A stretch of 64,000 nt of DNA from Eubacteriales bacterium (GCA_045541555.1 JAZQJH010000011.1:4243-68242), one strand, 5' to 3'. Counted from the stretch's first letter, positions 1-10,251 are shown. The notes: generated from the letters alone by a model not told the origin. Numbers and translations are program-made.

Positions 1-144
1 ACCTCCAGTGTGTTGGTGGCGTATGCCCGCGCAGCCTATCGGCTGAGCCAAAAGGGGGAGAGCGGCTGTAAAACGGTGCTGGATATTGCTCCAGGTATGC
101 TGCATCCGGCGACTGCAGAGGAATTGCGTAAAAAACTTCTTTAA
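1..144 (+). CDS. ddh: 3' end of meso-diaminopimelate dehydrogenase (partial)
   Basis: Frame 1 reads TSSVLVAYARAAYRLSQKGESGCKTVLDIAPGMLHPATAEELRKKLL*, which resembles the Ddh C-terminus. Confidence 0.8.
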   Translation, partial: TSSVLVAYARAAYRLSQKGESGCKTVLDIAPGMLHPATAEELRKKLL

Positions 145-215
145 TTTCTCTTGTAATTCTTTTGAGATTGTGTTATTCTTGTAATGTTCGATTTTTGGAG
201 ATAAGGAGAGAAAAA

Positions 216-1310
216 ATGGACATTCTTTACAAAAACCTATTGGAATTTGGCGTCGGCGAGATTATTATGATCTTCATCGGCTGCCTCTTGATCTACCTGG
301 CCATCAAGAAAGAGATGGAACCGACGTTGCTTTTGCCCATGGGCTTTGGCACGATTTTGGTCAACATTCCCTTTTCCGATGCACTTGCCGGTCCCATTGA
401 TGAGTTGTATCATGCCGGTATTGCCAATGAGCTGTTTCCGCTCTTGCTGTTCATCGGTATCGGTGCCATGATTGATTTCGGTCCCTTGCTGACCAATCCG
501 AAGCTGATGCTTTTCGGCGCAGCGGCGCAGTTTGGTATCTTCTTCACCCTTTCCATGGCGGCGATCTTCTTCGGCGATAACGATGCGGCGTCCATTGCCA
601 TCATCGGTGCGGCAGACGGGCCCACATCAATCGCGGTAGCCAATACGCTGAAGTCTGAATATGTCGGCGCAATCACCGTTGCCGCTTATTCTTATATGGC
701 GCTGGTACCCATTATCCAGCCGCCGGTGATTCGCGCGCTCACCACCAAGAAAGAGCGGATGATCCGGATGCCCTACGAGCAGAAATCCGTATCCAAGCTG
801 ACTCGGATCTTGTTCCCGGTCATAATCACCATCGTGGTTTCGGCTATCGTTCCGCAGGCGACGGCGCTGATCGGTTTCCTGATGTTTGGTAATTTGATCC
901 GGGAGTGCGGTGTCTTGGATTCCCTTTCTGAGACGGCGCAGAAGGTATTGGCGAACCTCATTACCATCTTCCTGGGCATTTCCGTTGCCTTCAATATGAC
1001 GGCGGATAAGTTCCTGAAGCCTGCCACCCTCTTGATTATGGCGTTGGGTCTCATTGCCTTTATCGTTGATACGGCTGGCGGCGTGCTGTTTGCCAAGTTC
1101 CTGAATTTGTTCCTCAAAACCAAGATCAATCCTATGATCGGTGCGGCAGGTATCTCTGCATTCCCCATGTCCGGTCGTATCGTTCATAAGATGGGTCTGC
1201 AGGAGGATCCTCAGAACTTCCTGCTGATGCATTCCATCGGTGTTAACGTTTCTGGCCAGATCGCATCGGTCATCGCTGGCGGTATTATTCTGAATATGTT
1301 TGGAGGTTGA
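216..1310 (+). CDS. Sodium-translocating carboxylic-acid decarboxylase beta subunit (OadB/GcdB/MmdB family)
   Basis: Hydrophobic protein with EPTLLLPMGFG, IIGAADGPT, AAYSYMALVPIIQPP and GISAFPMS motifs; RBS AAGGAG before ATG 216. Confidence 0.93.
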   Translation: MDILYKNLLEFGVGEIIMIFIGCLLIYLAIKKEMEPTLLLPMGFGTILVNIPFSDALAGPIDELYHAGIANELFPLLLFIGIGAMIDFGPLLTNPKLMLFGAAAQFGIFFTLSMAAIFFGDNDAASIAIIGAADGPTSIAVANTLKSEYVGAITVAAYSYMALVPIIQPPVIRALTTKKERMIRMPYEQKSVSKLTRILFPVIITIVVSAIVPQATALIGFLMFGNLIRECGVLDSLSETAQKVLANLITIFLGISVAFNMTADKFLKPATLLIMALGLIAFIVDTAGGVLFAKFLNLFLKTKINPMIGAAGISAFPMSGRIVHKMGLQEDPQNFLLMHSIGVNVSGQIASVIAGGIILNMFGG

Positions 1311-1474
1311 TGCTCATGTTTAAAGGTGCTTTTTCTGAACTGGATTTCTTACCCGGAAGATTTATCGAGATGCTGGACAAAATGGGAATCGGGATGCTGG
1401 TGATCTTTATCATCATCGGCGTGATCATTCTGGCTACGCTCTTAATTAATAAATTATTCTCTAAGAAAAAATGA
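1310..1474 (+). CDS. Small OadG-like (decarboxylase gamma-type) membrane subunit, 54 aa
   Basis: Not in the ORF track; ATG overlaps the upstream TGA; MLMFKGAFSELDFLPGRFIEMLDKMGIGMLVIFIIIGVIILATLLINKLFSKKK has one TM helix. Confidence 0.7.
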   Translation: MLMFKGAFSELDFLPGRFIEMLDKMGIGMLVIFIIIGVIILATLLINKLFSKKK

Positions 1475-1477
1475 ATT

Positions 1478-1509
1478 AAAAAAGAGGCTGTGAAAACAGC
1501 CTCTTTTTT
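1478..1509. terminator. Bidirectional intrinsic terminator
   Basis: AAAAAAGAGGCTGT-GAAA-ACAGCCTCTTTTTT between convergent genes. Confidence 0.85.
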
Positions 1510-2977
1510 AATGCTTTATTTTTTTCCGTATGGTGCGGATGGGGCGCTTCCAGACTGCAGGGCGCAGCAGGATCAGCATAGGGAAGATCTCCAGGCGTCC
1601 GGCCAGCATATCAAAGCAAAAGATATATTTGGAGAGGTCGGAGTACTTACTGAAGTTTTCCATGGGGCCCACCATATTGAGCCCCGGACCGATATTATTA
1701 AGGGTGGCGGCGACGCCGGTGAAATTGGAGACAAAATCAAAGTTATCCAAAGAGACCACCAGCATGGAGCCGAAAAAGATCAGGACGTAGGCGGCCATAA
1801 AGGTATTGACCGACTGAATGGTGGAATTTTCCAGCGTTTTTCCCTCTAAGCGAAGCTTTTTGACCGTTCTGGGATGGACGATCTGGGAGATCTCCCGTCC
1901 CACCGACTTGGCAAGCAGTATGATCCGTGAGACCTTGATACCGCCACCGGTACTGCCGGCGCAGGCACCGATGAACATCAAAAGGACTAAAATCAACCTT
2001 GAAAGCTCTGGGTAGAGATCAAAATTGGTAGTGGTATAGCCCGTCGTAGTGATGATACTGCCGACCTGGAAAAAGGCGTGGCGGAAGGCTTCTTCTGCAG
2101 TATCAAAAAGCTTTAAGGTATTGGCAAAGATGATCAGCGTAGATGCGCCGATGATGGCGGCATACCAACGTACCTCTTCGCAGCGCAGCGCTTGCTTAAG
2201 GTGCCGCCGCAGCAGGAGAAAGTAGACGTTGAAATTAACGCCGAAGAGGATTATAAAGATGCCGACAATATATTGGCAGACCGCAGAATAATCGGCGAGT
2301 CCCGAGTTTTTGACGGCAAAGCCGCCGGTTCCGGCACTGCCGAAAGAGAGGGTGACAGCGTCGAAGATCGGCATTTTGCACGCAATCAGAACGATGATCT
2401 CCAAAATCGTCATGGCGGTATAAATAATATAAAGGATCTTGGAGGTGTCCCGAATTTTTGGCACCATCTTTCCCACCTGCGGGCCGGGGCTTTCCGCACG
2501 CATTAAATGCATGGTCGCACCGCCGGTGATGGGCAGGATGGAAAGAATGAAGACCAGGACGCCCATGCCGCCGATCCAATGGGAGAAGCTGCGCCAGAAA
2601 AGGGAGGCGTGGGAAAGGGCTTCCACGTCGGTCAGAATGGTGGAGCCGGTGGTGGTAAAGCCGGATATCATCTCAAAGAAAGCGTCTGCAAAGTGAGGAA
2701 TATCTCCGCTTAAAATGAACGGAATACAGCCAAAAAAGCTCAGTCCCAGCCAGCTGAGAGCGACGGAGATAAATCCTTCCTTGGCGTAAAACACTTGATT
2801 TTTCGGTTTTTTTAAGGTGCTGAGGATGCCGATGAGAGCCAGCGCCGCTCCGCAGATCAAGTAGGCGTAGCTTTCTTGCTCCCGGTAGAGCAATCCTACC
2901 GCCGCCGGTATCAGCATCAAAATACCTTCAATTTTTAAAACGTAGCTGATGATATAAAAAATGATCCGTAAATTCAT
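1508..2977 (-). CDS. trkH: TrkH family potassium uptake membrane protein
   Basis: FEMISGFTTTG, WIGGMG, GTGGF, TTTGY, GACAGSTGGGIK and NIGPG pore-loop motifs. Confidence 0.95.
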   Translation of the reverse strand: MNLRIIFYIISYVLKIEGILMLIPAAVGLLYREQESYAYLICGAALALIGILSTLKKPKNQVFYAKEGFISVALSWLGLSFFGCIPFILSGDIPHFADAFFEMISGFTTTGSTILTDVEALSHASLFWRSFSHWIGGMGVLVFILSILPITGGATMHLMRAESPGPQVGKMVPKIRDTSKILYIIYTAMTILEIIVLIACKMPIFDAVTLSFGSAGTGGFAVKNSGLADYSAVCQYIVGIFIILFGVNFNVYFLLLRRHLKQALRCEEVRWYAAIIGASTLIIFANTLKLFDTAEEAFRHAFFQVGSIITTTGYTTTNFDLYPELSRLILVLLMFIGACAGSTGGGIKVSRIILLAKSVGREISQIVHPRTVKKLRLEGKTLENSTIQSVNTFMAAYVLIFFGSMLVVSLDNFDFVSNFTGVAATLNNIGPGLNMVGPMENFSKYSDLSKYIFCFDMLAGRLEIFPMLILLRPAVWKRPIRTIRKKIKH

Positions 2978-2981
2978 AGGC

Positions 2982-4337
2982 TTACCTCAGGATATCTTTA
3001 AAGTCGTTGAGGCGCGCCTGCCCGGTCACGACGATGACCCGATCCTCCGGCTGGATGGCGGTATCGCCGTCCGGCAGGATAAAGCGGCGGTCGCGGAAGA
3101 TGCCGCAGATCAGCAGATTTTTCTTTAAGTCGAGATCCCGGAGAGGGATCCCCAGTCCCGGCGCATTCTGCCCGATCTTGAATTCCAATGCCTCTACCTG
3201 ATCATCCATCAGTCTATAGAGGGTTTCGATATTGTTGCCCATGGCATTTTGCTTGGCACGCGCATATTGGAGGATGACTTCGTTGGTCAGCGCATGAGGA
3301 TAGATGACGCTGTCCAGATCCAGATTGCCGATCAGCTCGTGGAAAATCAATCGGTCGATCTTGGTGACCACCTTAGCGCGGCTCATCTCTTTGGCATAGA
3401 GGGAGAGAAGGATGTTTTCTTCGTCAAAGCCGGTCAATGCCACGAAGGCGTCGATGGCTTCGATCCCCTCCTCCAAAAGGAGATTTTTATCGGAGGCATC
3501 GCCGTTGATGATCATGGCGCCTGGCAATCTCTCTGCCAGCTCATGGCATCGTTGCTCGTCGATTTCGATGATCTTGACGGAGATGCGGTTATCCAGCAGC
3601 TGCTTGGCAAGATAATAGGTGATGGTTCCGCCGCCGACGATCATGACGTTTTTGACGCTTTGGGTCTCCAGCTTGATCTGGCGGAAGAATTTGATGGCCT
3701 CCCGGGGCTGAATGAGGATGGTGGCTTTATCTCCTGCCTGCAGTTCAAAATGACCGGAAGGAATATGGCATTGACCGCTGCGCTCGACGCTGCAGAAAAT
3801 AACCTTGGACTCCACTTTACTGCGGATCTGGGTCAGAGTATGTCCGTCCAGAAGGGAACCTTGAGGTACCTTAAAGGTCAGCATCTCGGCTTTTCCCTTG
3901 GCAAAGGAGTTGATATCAATGGCGCCGGGGAACCGCAGAATTCGGGAGATGGTATTGGCAGCCTCCAATTCGGGGTTGATGATGAGGGAAAGCCCCACCT
4001 GATCTTTGATAAATTCCGTCTCGGTGATATACATGGGGTTTCGTACCCGGGCGATGGTGGCGCAATGATCGGATTTACGGGCAAAAAGACAGGTGAGCAG
4101 GTTTTGCTCATCGGATCCGGTCACCGCAATCAAGAGGTCTGCATCTGCAATGCCAGCCTCTGAGAGAGCGCTGTAGTTCATGCCGTTGCCGATCAGACCC
4201 ATGACGTCGTTGTTGCCGCAGATGTCATTGATGCGGTCGGTATTCTGGTCGATGACCGTAACGTCATGCCCCTCCGCCGTCAGCGATTGAGCCAGTGTGG
4301 CGCCGGTCTTGCCGCCGCCTACAATAATAATGTTCAT
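2982..4337 (-). CDS. trkA: Trk system potassium transporter NAD-binding subunit
   Basis: Two RCK/Rossmann repeats (IIIVGGGKTG; VMIVGGGTI); adjacent to trkH. Confidence 0.95.
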   Translation of the reverse strand: MNIIIVGGGKTGATLAQSLTAEGHDVTVIDQNTDRINDICGNNDVMGLIGNGMNYSALSEAGIADADLLIAVTGSDEQNLLTCLFARKSDHCATIARVRNPMYITETEFIKDQVGLSLIINPELEAANTISRILRFPGAIDINSFAKGKAEMLTFKVPQGSLLDGHTLTQIRSKVESKVIFCSVERSGQCHIPSGHFELQAGDKATILIQPREAIKFFRQIKLETQSVKNVMIVGGGTITYYLAKQLLDNRISVKIIEIDEQRCHELAERLPGAMIINGDASDKNLLLEEGIEAIDAFVALTGFDEENILLSLYAKEMSRAKVVTKIDRLIFHELIGNLDLDSVIYPHALTNEVILQYARAKQNAMGNNIETLYRLMDDQVEALEFKIGQNAPGLGIPLRDLDLKKNLLICGIFRDRRFILPDGDTAIQPEDRVIVVTGQARLNDFKDILR

Positions 4338-4472
4338 AATATTATACCTTATTAGAAAATTAGCGTAATACGCCTGTGGTTATTTTACCATAGGGAAGAA
4401 GAAAATTCAATATAGAAGATCCCAAGGTTAATGACGAAAAGGCACAAAGGTAAAACCTTCGTGCCTTTTGGC

Positions 4473-4817
4473 TTATTTCCATTCAATGAAGTGATAACTA
4501 TCTAATATTCTGAAGTATTGCGCCAACCGCTCGTAAAGGGGATGCGCTTTTTCACCGAATTGGGCGTCCACCAATTTGCCGAGGGCGGTGATGTCGCGCT
4601 CGCCGTCCAAAAGCGGCCAGACAAAGCTGCCCAGCTCGTCCAGATGGATGTGGCTGACCTTGGGACGTCCAAAGAAGATCTGTGCCAGCCGGTTTGCCCA
4701 GCCGGTATTTTGGATCTCTAAGGTGACCATACCCTCAGAATTAGCCTTCCATTCGATCCCGGCCGCCCGGGCAGGAATACGATCTAAATAGTTTTCAGAT
4801 ACGACGTTCTTTTTCAT
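4473..4817 (-). CDS. PqqD-like (RRE-fold) small protein associated with the OPT transporter
   Basis: IHLDELGSFVWPLLDGERDI motif; immediately follows the OPT gene. Confidence 0.75.
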   Translation of the reverse strand: MKKNVVSENYLDRIPARAAGIEWKANSEGMVTLEIQNTGWANRLAQIFFGRPKVSHIHLDELGSFVWPLLDGERDITALGKLVDAQFGEKAHPLYERLAQYFRILDSYHFIEWK

Positions 4818-4818
4818 A

Positions 4819-6729
4819 TTACTTGGACTTTTTGTTCCAAAGGGTGAACTTCAAAAGGGAGAGGATGATCAATCCAAAGACCAGAATACTGCCGATATTG
4901 GAGACCCAGCCGGGCAGGTTCAAAAGACCGGAGAGATCCAGGAGAGAGCCTACGTTGAAGACTGCCAGAATGGCAAGCAGGATGCCAACGAGACCCTCGC
5001 CGGCGATCATGCCGGAGCAGAAGAGGATGCCGTTGTTGACGATGCCCTTCTTCTTTTCCTCATCCTTCTTCATTTTATCAAAGAACAACCGGATCAAGCC
5101 GCCCACCATAATGCAGGCGTTGAGCTGAACCGGCAGATAGACGCCGATGGCAAAGGGGAGAACGGGAATGCCCAGGATCTCCACGACGATGGCGATGGCG
5201 ACGCCGATCAGGATCAGACCCCAGGGCAGATTGCCGCCCATGATGCCTTCGATGACCATCTTCATCAGGGTAGCCTGAGGTGCGCCCAGTTCCTCGGAAC
5301 CGAAGCCCCACGCGCTATCCAGGAGATAGAGGGTGGCACCGATGGCAAGAGCGGAAGCGACTACGCCCAGGATCTCGCCGATCTGCTGTTTCTTGGGGGT
5401 AGAGCCCAGGAGGTAGCCGGTTTTGAGATCCTGAGAGGTATCGCCGGCGATGGCGGCGACGATACAGATAATAGAGCCGATGGCAATGGCAGCCTGCATT
5501 CCGGTAGCGCCGGATTCACCGGTCACCTTAAGGATGAGGGTGGCGATCAGCAGGGTAGCGATGGCCATACCGGAGACCGGATTGTTACTGCTTCCGACCA
5601 GACCGACCATACGGGAGGAGACGGTGGCAAAGAAGAAGCCGAAGATGACGACGATGACGGCGCCGATGAGAGAGACGGGGATGGCAGGAACCAGCCATAC
5701 CGCTAAAGTCAGTACCAAAATGGCAAGGAGGACGATCTTGATATTGATGTCCTGCTCGGTTCGAAGGGTGCTGGCTTTGGCACCGCCCATGCTCTTGACC
5801 GCATCCCGGAAGGTACGGACGATGAGGGGCAGAGATTTTACGAGGCTGATGATGCCGCCTGCCGCCAGAGCGCCTGCTCCGATATAGCGTACGTAGGTGC
5901 TCCAGATGGCGCTGGTACCGCCGGAGGCAAAGAGATTGCCAATGGTTTCAGTACCGGGATAAAGGATCAATTCTGCACCGAAAATGACGATCATGGGAAT
6001 TAAAATGATCCAGCTCAGAAGTCCGCCTGCAAACATATAGGAGGAGATCCGGGGACCGCAGATGTAGCCGACGCTCATGACCGCAGGATAGATCTGGGTA
6101 CCGACTGCGCCGGGATAGGTCTTGGTGGTTCCTTCTACGGAAACTTCACCGGGGACAAGCTTCAGACCGTCGATGATAAACTTAAAGAAGGCGGCAAAGC
6201 CCATACCGGCAAAGACCGTTCCGGCGTTGGAACCGCCCTCTTCGCCGGCCAGCATGACCTCAGCACAGGCTTGACCTTCGGGATAGGGGAGAATGCCGTG
6301 CTCCCGTACGATCAAAGCGTTGCGGAGCGGAACCATGAAGAAGACGCCCAAGAGACCGCCAAGTAAGGCAATGAGGGTGATCTCCAGGATGCCGGGCTTG
6401 TCCATTTTTCCCTCGTTTGCCCAAAGGAAGAGGGCAGGCAGAGTAAAGATAGCACCGGCAGCCAGGGACTCACCGGCAGAGCCGATGGTCTGCACCATAT
6501 TGCTTTCCAAAATCGAGTTTTTGCGCATGATCACGCGGATCACGCCCATGGCAATGACTGCCGCCGGGATTGAGGCGGAGACCGTCATGCCAACACGAAG
6601 ACCTAAATAGGCATTCGCAGCGCCAAAAACTACTGCCAGTAGAATACCCATGATGATGGAAGTGATGGTCAATTCCGGGGTGATCTTTTCGGCAGGAATA
6701 TAAGGCTTGAATTCTTGTTTCTTTTCCAT
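4819..6729 (-). CDS. OPT family oligopeptide transporter
   Basis: NAYLGLRVGMTVSASIPAAV, PYPEGQACAEV, SNNPVSG and SQDLKTG motifs. Confidence 0.95.
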   Translation of the reverse strand: MEKKQEFKPYIPAEKITPELTITSIIMGILLAVVFGAANAYLGLRVGMTVSASIPAAVIAMGVIRVIMRKNSILESNMVQTIGSAGESLAAGAIFTLPALFLWANEGKMDKPGILEITLIALLGGLLGVFFMVPLRNALIVREHGILPYPEGQACAEVMLAGEEGGSNAGTVFAGMGFAAFFKFIIDGLKLVPGEVSVEGTTKTYPGAVGTQIYPAVMSVGYICGPRISSYMFAGGLLSWIILIPMIVIFGAELILYPGTETIGNLFASGGTSAIWSTYVRYIGAGALAAGGIISLVKSLPLIVRTFRDAVKSMGGAKASTLRTEQDINIKIVLLAILVLTLAVWLVPAIPVSLIGAVIVVIFGFFFATVSSRMVGLVGSSNNPVSGMAIATLLIATLILKVTGESGATGMQAAIAIGSIICIVAAIAGDTSQDLKTGYLLGSTPKKQQIGEILGVVASALAIGATLYLLDSAWGFGSEELGAPQATLMKMVIEGIMGGNLPWGLILIGVAIAIVVEILGIPVLPFAIGVYLPVQLNACIMVGGLIRLFFDKMKKDEEKKKGIVNNGILFCSGMIAGEGLVGILLAILAVFNVGSLLDLSGLLNLPGWVSNIGSILVFGLIILSLLKFTLWNKKSK

Positions 6730-6974
6730 GTTGACTCCTTATATAATAATAGATATACTCCGATATTTTACCATGAATACAATGTGTTGTCAAGAAAATG
6801 CGGCATCTAATGATTGCCAAATCACAAATGAAGTGTCTGGCGCTCATGACTATAAGAACATCGTGGACGGCAGGCTCGTTTATCAAGAGCCATAGAAGGC
6901 TAAATACAGGACTACCCCTAAAGGGGTAGTCAGTGTGTCAAAGAATCTTGTTTTTTTATCTTTGACACGCTGGA

Positions 6975-7217
6975 CAGACTCTCAAAAATGTTTCCGAATT
7001 CGTGGGGCGGTCTCGTCAGCGTACATGGGTACGGTAGAGAGCGGTCCCGCGGATAGCAGAAAATATTAATAAAAATCCGCATTTTTATGCAGATTTTTTC
7101 CTTATAAAGAAACAACGAGAAAGAGCAGGTTCTCTTTCTCGCCGTCATATTGCAAAATCGGTATGAACTTTTTAGATCTTTTCATTTTCTGCGGTCGGGG
7201 ACTTTTTTGACAGTCTG
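6975..7217. mobile_element. Candidate MITE / IS remnant bounded by 14-bp imperfect terminal inverted repeats
   Basis: CAGACTCTCAAAAA (6975-6988) versus TTTTTGACAGTCTG (7204-7217), 13/14 match; no credible ORF inside. Confidence 0.5.
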
Positions 7218-7257
7218 ACGGCAGAGAAAACTTTTTTGTTTTCTCTGCCGTTTTGGT

Positions 7258-7776
7258 TTATTCCCAAAGGATGGGGGTGCCTGCTTTCAAGCTGGCAGGA
7301 AGATCCAGAAGCCGCTGGTTTTCCGAGCCGCGGAAACGCAGGCGGATATTCTTTTGCGCCAGGATGAATTTGCCGTCCACCAAAACGTCGATCAGCGTCA
7401 GCAGTTCATCCGTTGCTTCGCACCGGGGGTGAGGGGCTTTTTCCCATAATTCCTCTAGGGTGAAGCCGGTAAACGCCCAGATATTTTTATGGGGATATTC
7501 CGCCTTGACGCGCCGGATAAAGGGGAGGAGTGCACGCTGGTTATCCGGCTCGAAGGGCTCACCGCCCAAAAGGGTCAGACCGTTGATATAGTCCGGCTTT
7601 AAGAGCGTGAGAAGTTCTTCTTCCGTCTCGGCGGTAAAGGGCTTTCCGTAGGAAAAATCCCAGGTCTCCGGCTGAAAGCAGCCCTCGCACCGATTGGTGC
7701 ATCCGGAGACGAAGAGGGTGACCCGTACGCCCTCGCCGTTGGCAATATCGCAGTTTTTAATTTCAGCGTAGTTCAT
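7258..7776 (-). CDS. nrdG: Anaerobic ribonucleotide reductase activating protein
   Basis: DIANGEGVRVTLFVSGC-x3-C-x2-C radical SAM motif, LLGGEP, FRGSENQR. Confidence 0.96.
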   Translation of the reverse strand: MNYAEIKNCDIANGEGVRVTLFVSGCTNRCEGCFQPETWDFSYGKPFTAETEEELLTLLKPDYINGLTLLGGEPFEPDNQRALLPFIRRVKAEYPHKNIWAFTGFTLEELWEKAPHPRCEATDELLTLIDVLVDGKFILAQKNIRLRFRGSENQRLLDLPASLKAGTPILWE

Positions 7777-9950
7777 TATAAGTGCAGAACCCTTTCCTTG
7801 ATCTCCTGAGTACGGCCTTGGTTCCAATACTGGGTACCGATATAACCGCAGGTTCTGCGCGCCACGTTCATTTTATCCTGGTCGGTATTGCCGCAGTTCG
7901 GGCACCGCCAGAGCAGCTTGCCGTCTTCCTCTACGATCTCGATCTCGCCGTCGTAGCCGCAGTCCTGGCAATAGTCGGACTTGGTGTTCAGCTCGGCGTA
8001 GATGATATTATCGTAGATAAATCTCATCACCTGCAGAACCGCCGGAATATTGTCTTGCATATTGGGGACTTCCACGTAGCTGATGGCACCGCCGGGGGAG
8101 AGGTGCTGGAATTGCGCTTCAAATCGCAGCTTCTCAAATGCGTCGATCTCTTCGGTGACGTGGACGTGGTAACTATTGGTGATATATCCCTTATCGGTGA
8201 CACCGGGAATGATGCCGAACCGACGCTGGAGGCACTTGGCGAATTTATAGGTGGTGGACTCCAAGGGCGTGCCGTAAAGGCTGAAATCGATATTGTGCGC
8301 CGCTTTCCAGCCGCGGCAAGCCTCGTTCATTTTGTTCATGACTTCGAGGGCAAAGGGGGTGGCTTCCGGGTCGGTATGGCTCTTGCCGGTCATGTATTTA
8401 ACGCACTCGTAAAGACCGGCGTAGCCCAGAGAGATGGTGGAATATCCGCCGAAAAGGAGCTTGTCAATGGGCTCGCCCTTTTTCAGCCGCGCCAATGCGC
8501 CGAACTGCCAAAGGATGGGGGCTGCATCGGAAAGGGTCCCTTTCAGCCGCTCATGCCGGCAGAGCAGGGCTTGATGGCAAAGCTCCAGCCGTTCCTCAAA
8601 GATCTTCCAGAACTTTTCTTTATCACCGCCGGAGGAGAGCGCCACGTCCACCAGATTGATGGTGACCACGCCCTGATTGAACCGGCCGTAATATTTCGGC
8701 TTGCCGTTTTCGTCTACGTAGGGGGTCAGGAAGCTGCGGCAACCCATGCAGGTGTAGCAATGGCCCTCGCCGTTTTTATCGACCTTCAATTCCAGCATCT
8801 TTTTCTCGGAGATGTAGTCCGGAACCATTCGTTTGGCGGTGCACTTAGCTGCCAGCTCGGTCAGATACCAGTACTTGGAATCCTCGTGGATGTTGTCTTC
8901 CTCCAGGACGTAGATGAGCTTAGGGAATGCCGGGGTGACCCAGATTCCTTTTTCGTTCTTGACGCCCTCGTAGCGCTGGAGCAGGACTTCCTCGATGATC
9001 AGCGCAAGGTCTTGCTTTTCCTGCTCGTTTTGCGCCTCGCCCAGGTACATAAAGACGGTTACAAAGGGGGCCTGTCCGTTGGTGGTCAAGAGGGTGACCA
9101 CTTGATATTGGATAGTCTGTACGCCCCGTCGGATCTCCTCGCGCAGACGCTTTTCGGCCATGCTTTCCAGCTGTTCCTTGCTGATGGGCAATCCCATTTC
9201 TGCCATCTCTTCCTCTAAACTATTACGGATCTTTTCCCTGGAGACCTGCACGAAGGGTGCCAGGTGGGTCAGAGAGATGGACTGACCGCCGTACTGATTG
9301 GAGGCCACCTGCGCAATGATCTGGGTGGCGATGTTGCAGGCGGTGGAAAAGCTGTGCGGCCGCTCGATGAGGGTACCGGTGATGACGGTGCCGTTTTGCA
9401 GCATATCCTCCAAGTTGACCAGATCGCAGTTGTGCATATGCTGGGCAAAATAGTCGCTGTCGTGAAAATGGATGATGCCCTCGTTATGGGCGTCCACGAT
9501 CTCCTTGGGGAGCAGGATGCGGTTGGTGATGTCCCGGGAGACCTCGCCGGCCATATAGTCGCGCTGGGTGGAGTTGACCACCGGGTTTTTATTGGAATTC
9601 TCCTGCTTGACCTCTTCGTTATTGCATTCGATGAGGGAGAGGATCTTATCGTCGGTGGTGTTGCTCTTGCGTACCAGGGAGCGGGTATAGCGGTAAGTGA
9701 TGTAGTTCTTGGCTACTTCAAATGCGCCGTGCGCCATAATTTTCTTTTCTACCAAGTCCTGGATCTCCTCGACGGTGGGAGCGCGCCCTAAGGCTTCGCA
9801 GGCAATGACCACCGATTCGGTGATCCGGCGGATCTGCAGATCGGTCATCCGATCCGCCTCGGGAACGGATTCGTTGGCTTTGGTAATGGCAATGCGGATC
9901 TTCTCTTCGTTGAAGGTCTCTTCTGCGCCGTTTCTTTTAATGATCTTCAT
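7776..9950 (-). CDS. nrdD: Anaerobic ribonucleoside-triphosphate reductase
   Basis: N-terminal ATP-cone (MKIIKRNG), MGCRS, CxxC pairs and RRTCGYIG glycyl-radical motif. Confidence 0.97.
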   Translation of the reverse strand: MKIIKRNGAEETFNEEKIRIAITKANESVPEADRMTDLQIRRITESVVIACEALGRAPTVEEIQDLVEKKIMAHGAFEVAKNYITYRYTRSLVRKSNTTDDKILSLIECNNEEVKQENSNKNPVVNSTQRDYMAGEVSRDITNRILLPKEIVDAHNEGIIHFHDSDYFAQHMHNCDLVNLEDMLQNGTVITGTLIERPHSFSTACNIATQIIAQVASNQYGGQSISLTHLAPFVQVSREKIRNSLEEEMAEMGLPISKEQLESMAEKRLREEIRRGVQTIQYQVVTLLTTNGQAPFVTVFMYLGEAQNEQEKQDLALIIEEVLLQRYEGVKNEKGIWVTPAFPKLIYVLEEDNIHEDSKYWYLTELAAKCTAKRMVPDYISEKKMLELKVDKNGEGHCYTCMGCRSFLTPYVDENGKPKYYGRFNQGVVTINLVDVALSSGGDKEKFWKIFEERLELCHQALLCRHERLKGTLSDAAPILWQFGALARLKKGEPIDKLLFGGYSTISLGYAGLYECVKYMTGKSHTDPEATPFALEVMNKMNEACRGWKAAHNIDFSLYGTPLESTTYKFAKCLQRRFGIIPGVTDKGYITNSYHVHVTEEIDAFEKLRFEAQFQHLSPGGAISYVEVPNMQDNIPAVLQVMRFIYDNIIYAELNTKSDYCQDCGYDGEIEIVEEDGKLLWRCPNCGNTDQDKMNVARRTCGYIGTQYWNQGRTQEIKERVLHL

Positions 9951-9970
9951 AGGTGTCCTTTCTGTATAAA

Positions 9971-10019
9971 ACCCAATATGTTGTGTCTTGATTTTCTGCA
10001 TAATACATTATATAGGATG
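9971..10019. promoter_or_regulatory. Tandem NrdR boxes upstream of nrdD
   Basis: ACCCAATATGTTGTGT (9971-9986) and a second degenerate box about 31 bp away (ATCCTATATAATGTAT on the minus strand) match acaCwAtATaTwGtgt. Confidence 0.75.
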
Positions 10020-10176
10020 CCCGTTTTCTTTGTCAATAGGTAATATGTGACAAAAAAGCGCGGCAAAATTTGCTGCGCTTTGACGGCAACGATGTTATTC
10101 TTCGAATAAATGATGTTGTGTCCTTACGGACACAAATACAAAAAATAAAGGACTACCGAAGTAGTCCTTTATTTTT

Positions 10177-10251
10177 TGGCACCCCAAACCGGAATCGAAC
10201 CGATATCTAACCCTTAGGAGGGGTTTATTCTATCCGTTGAACTATTGGGGC
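10177..10251 (-). tRNA. tRNA-Arg(CCT)
   Basis: Minus strand GCCCCAATAGTTCAACGGATAGAATA...CTCCTAA...GGTTCGATTCC...GGGGTGCCA forms a cloverleaf with anticodon CCT. Confidence 0.93.
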
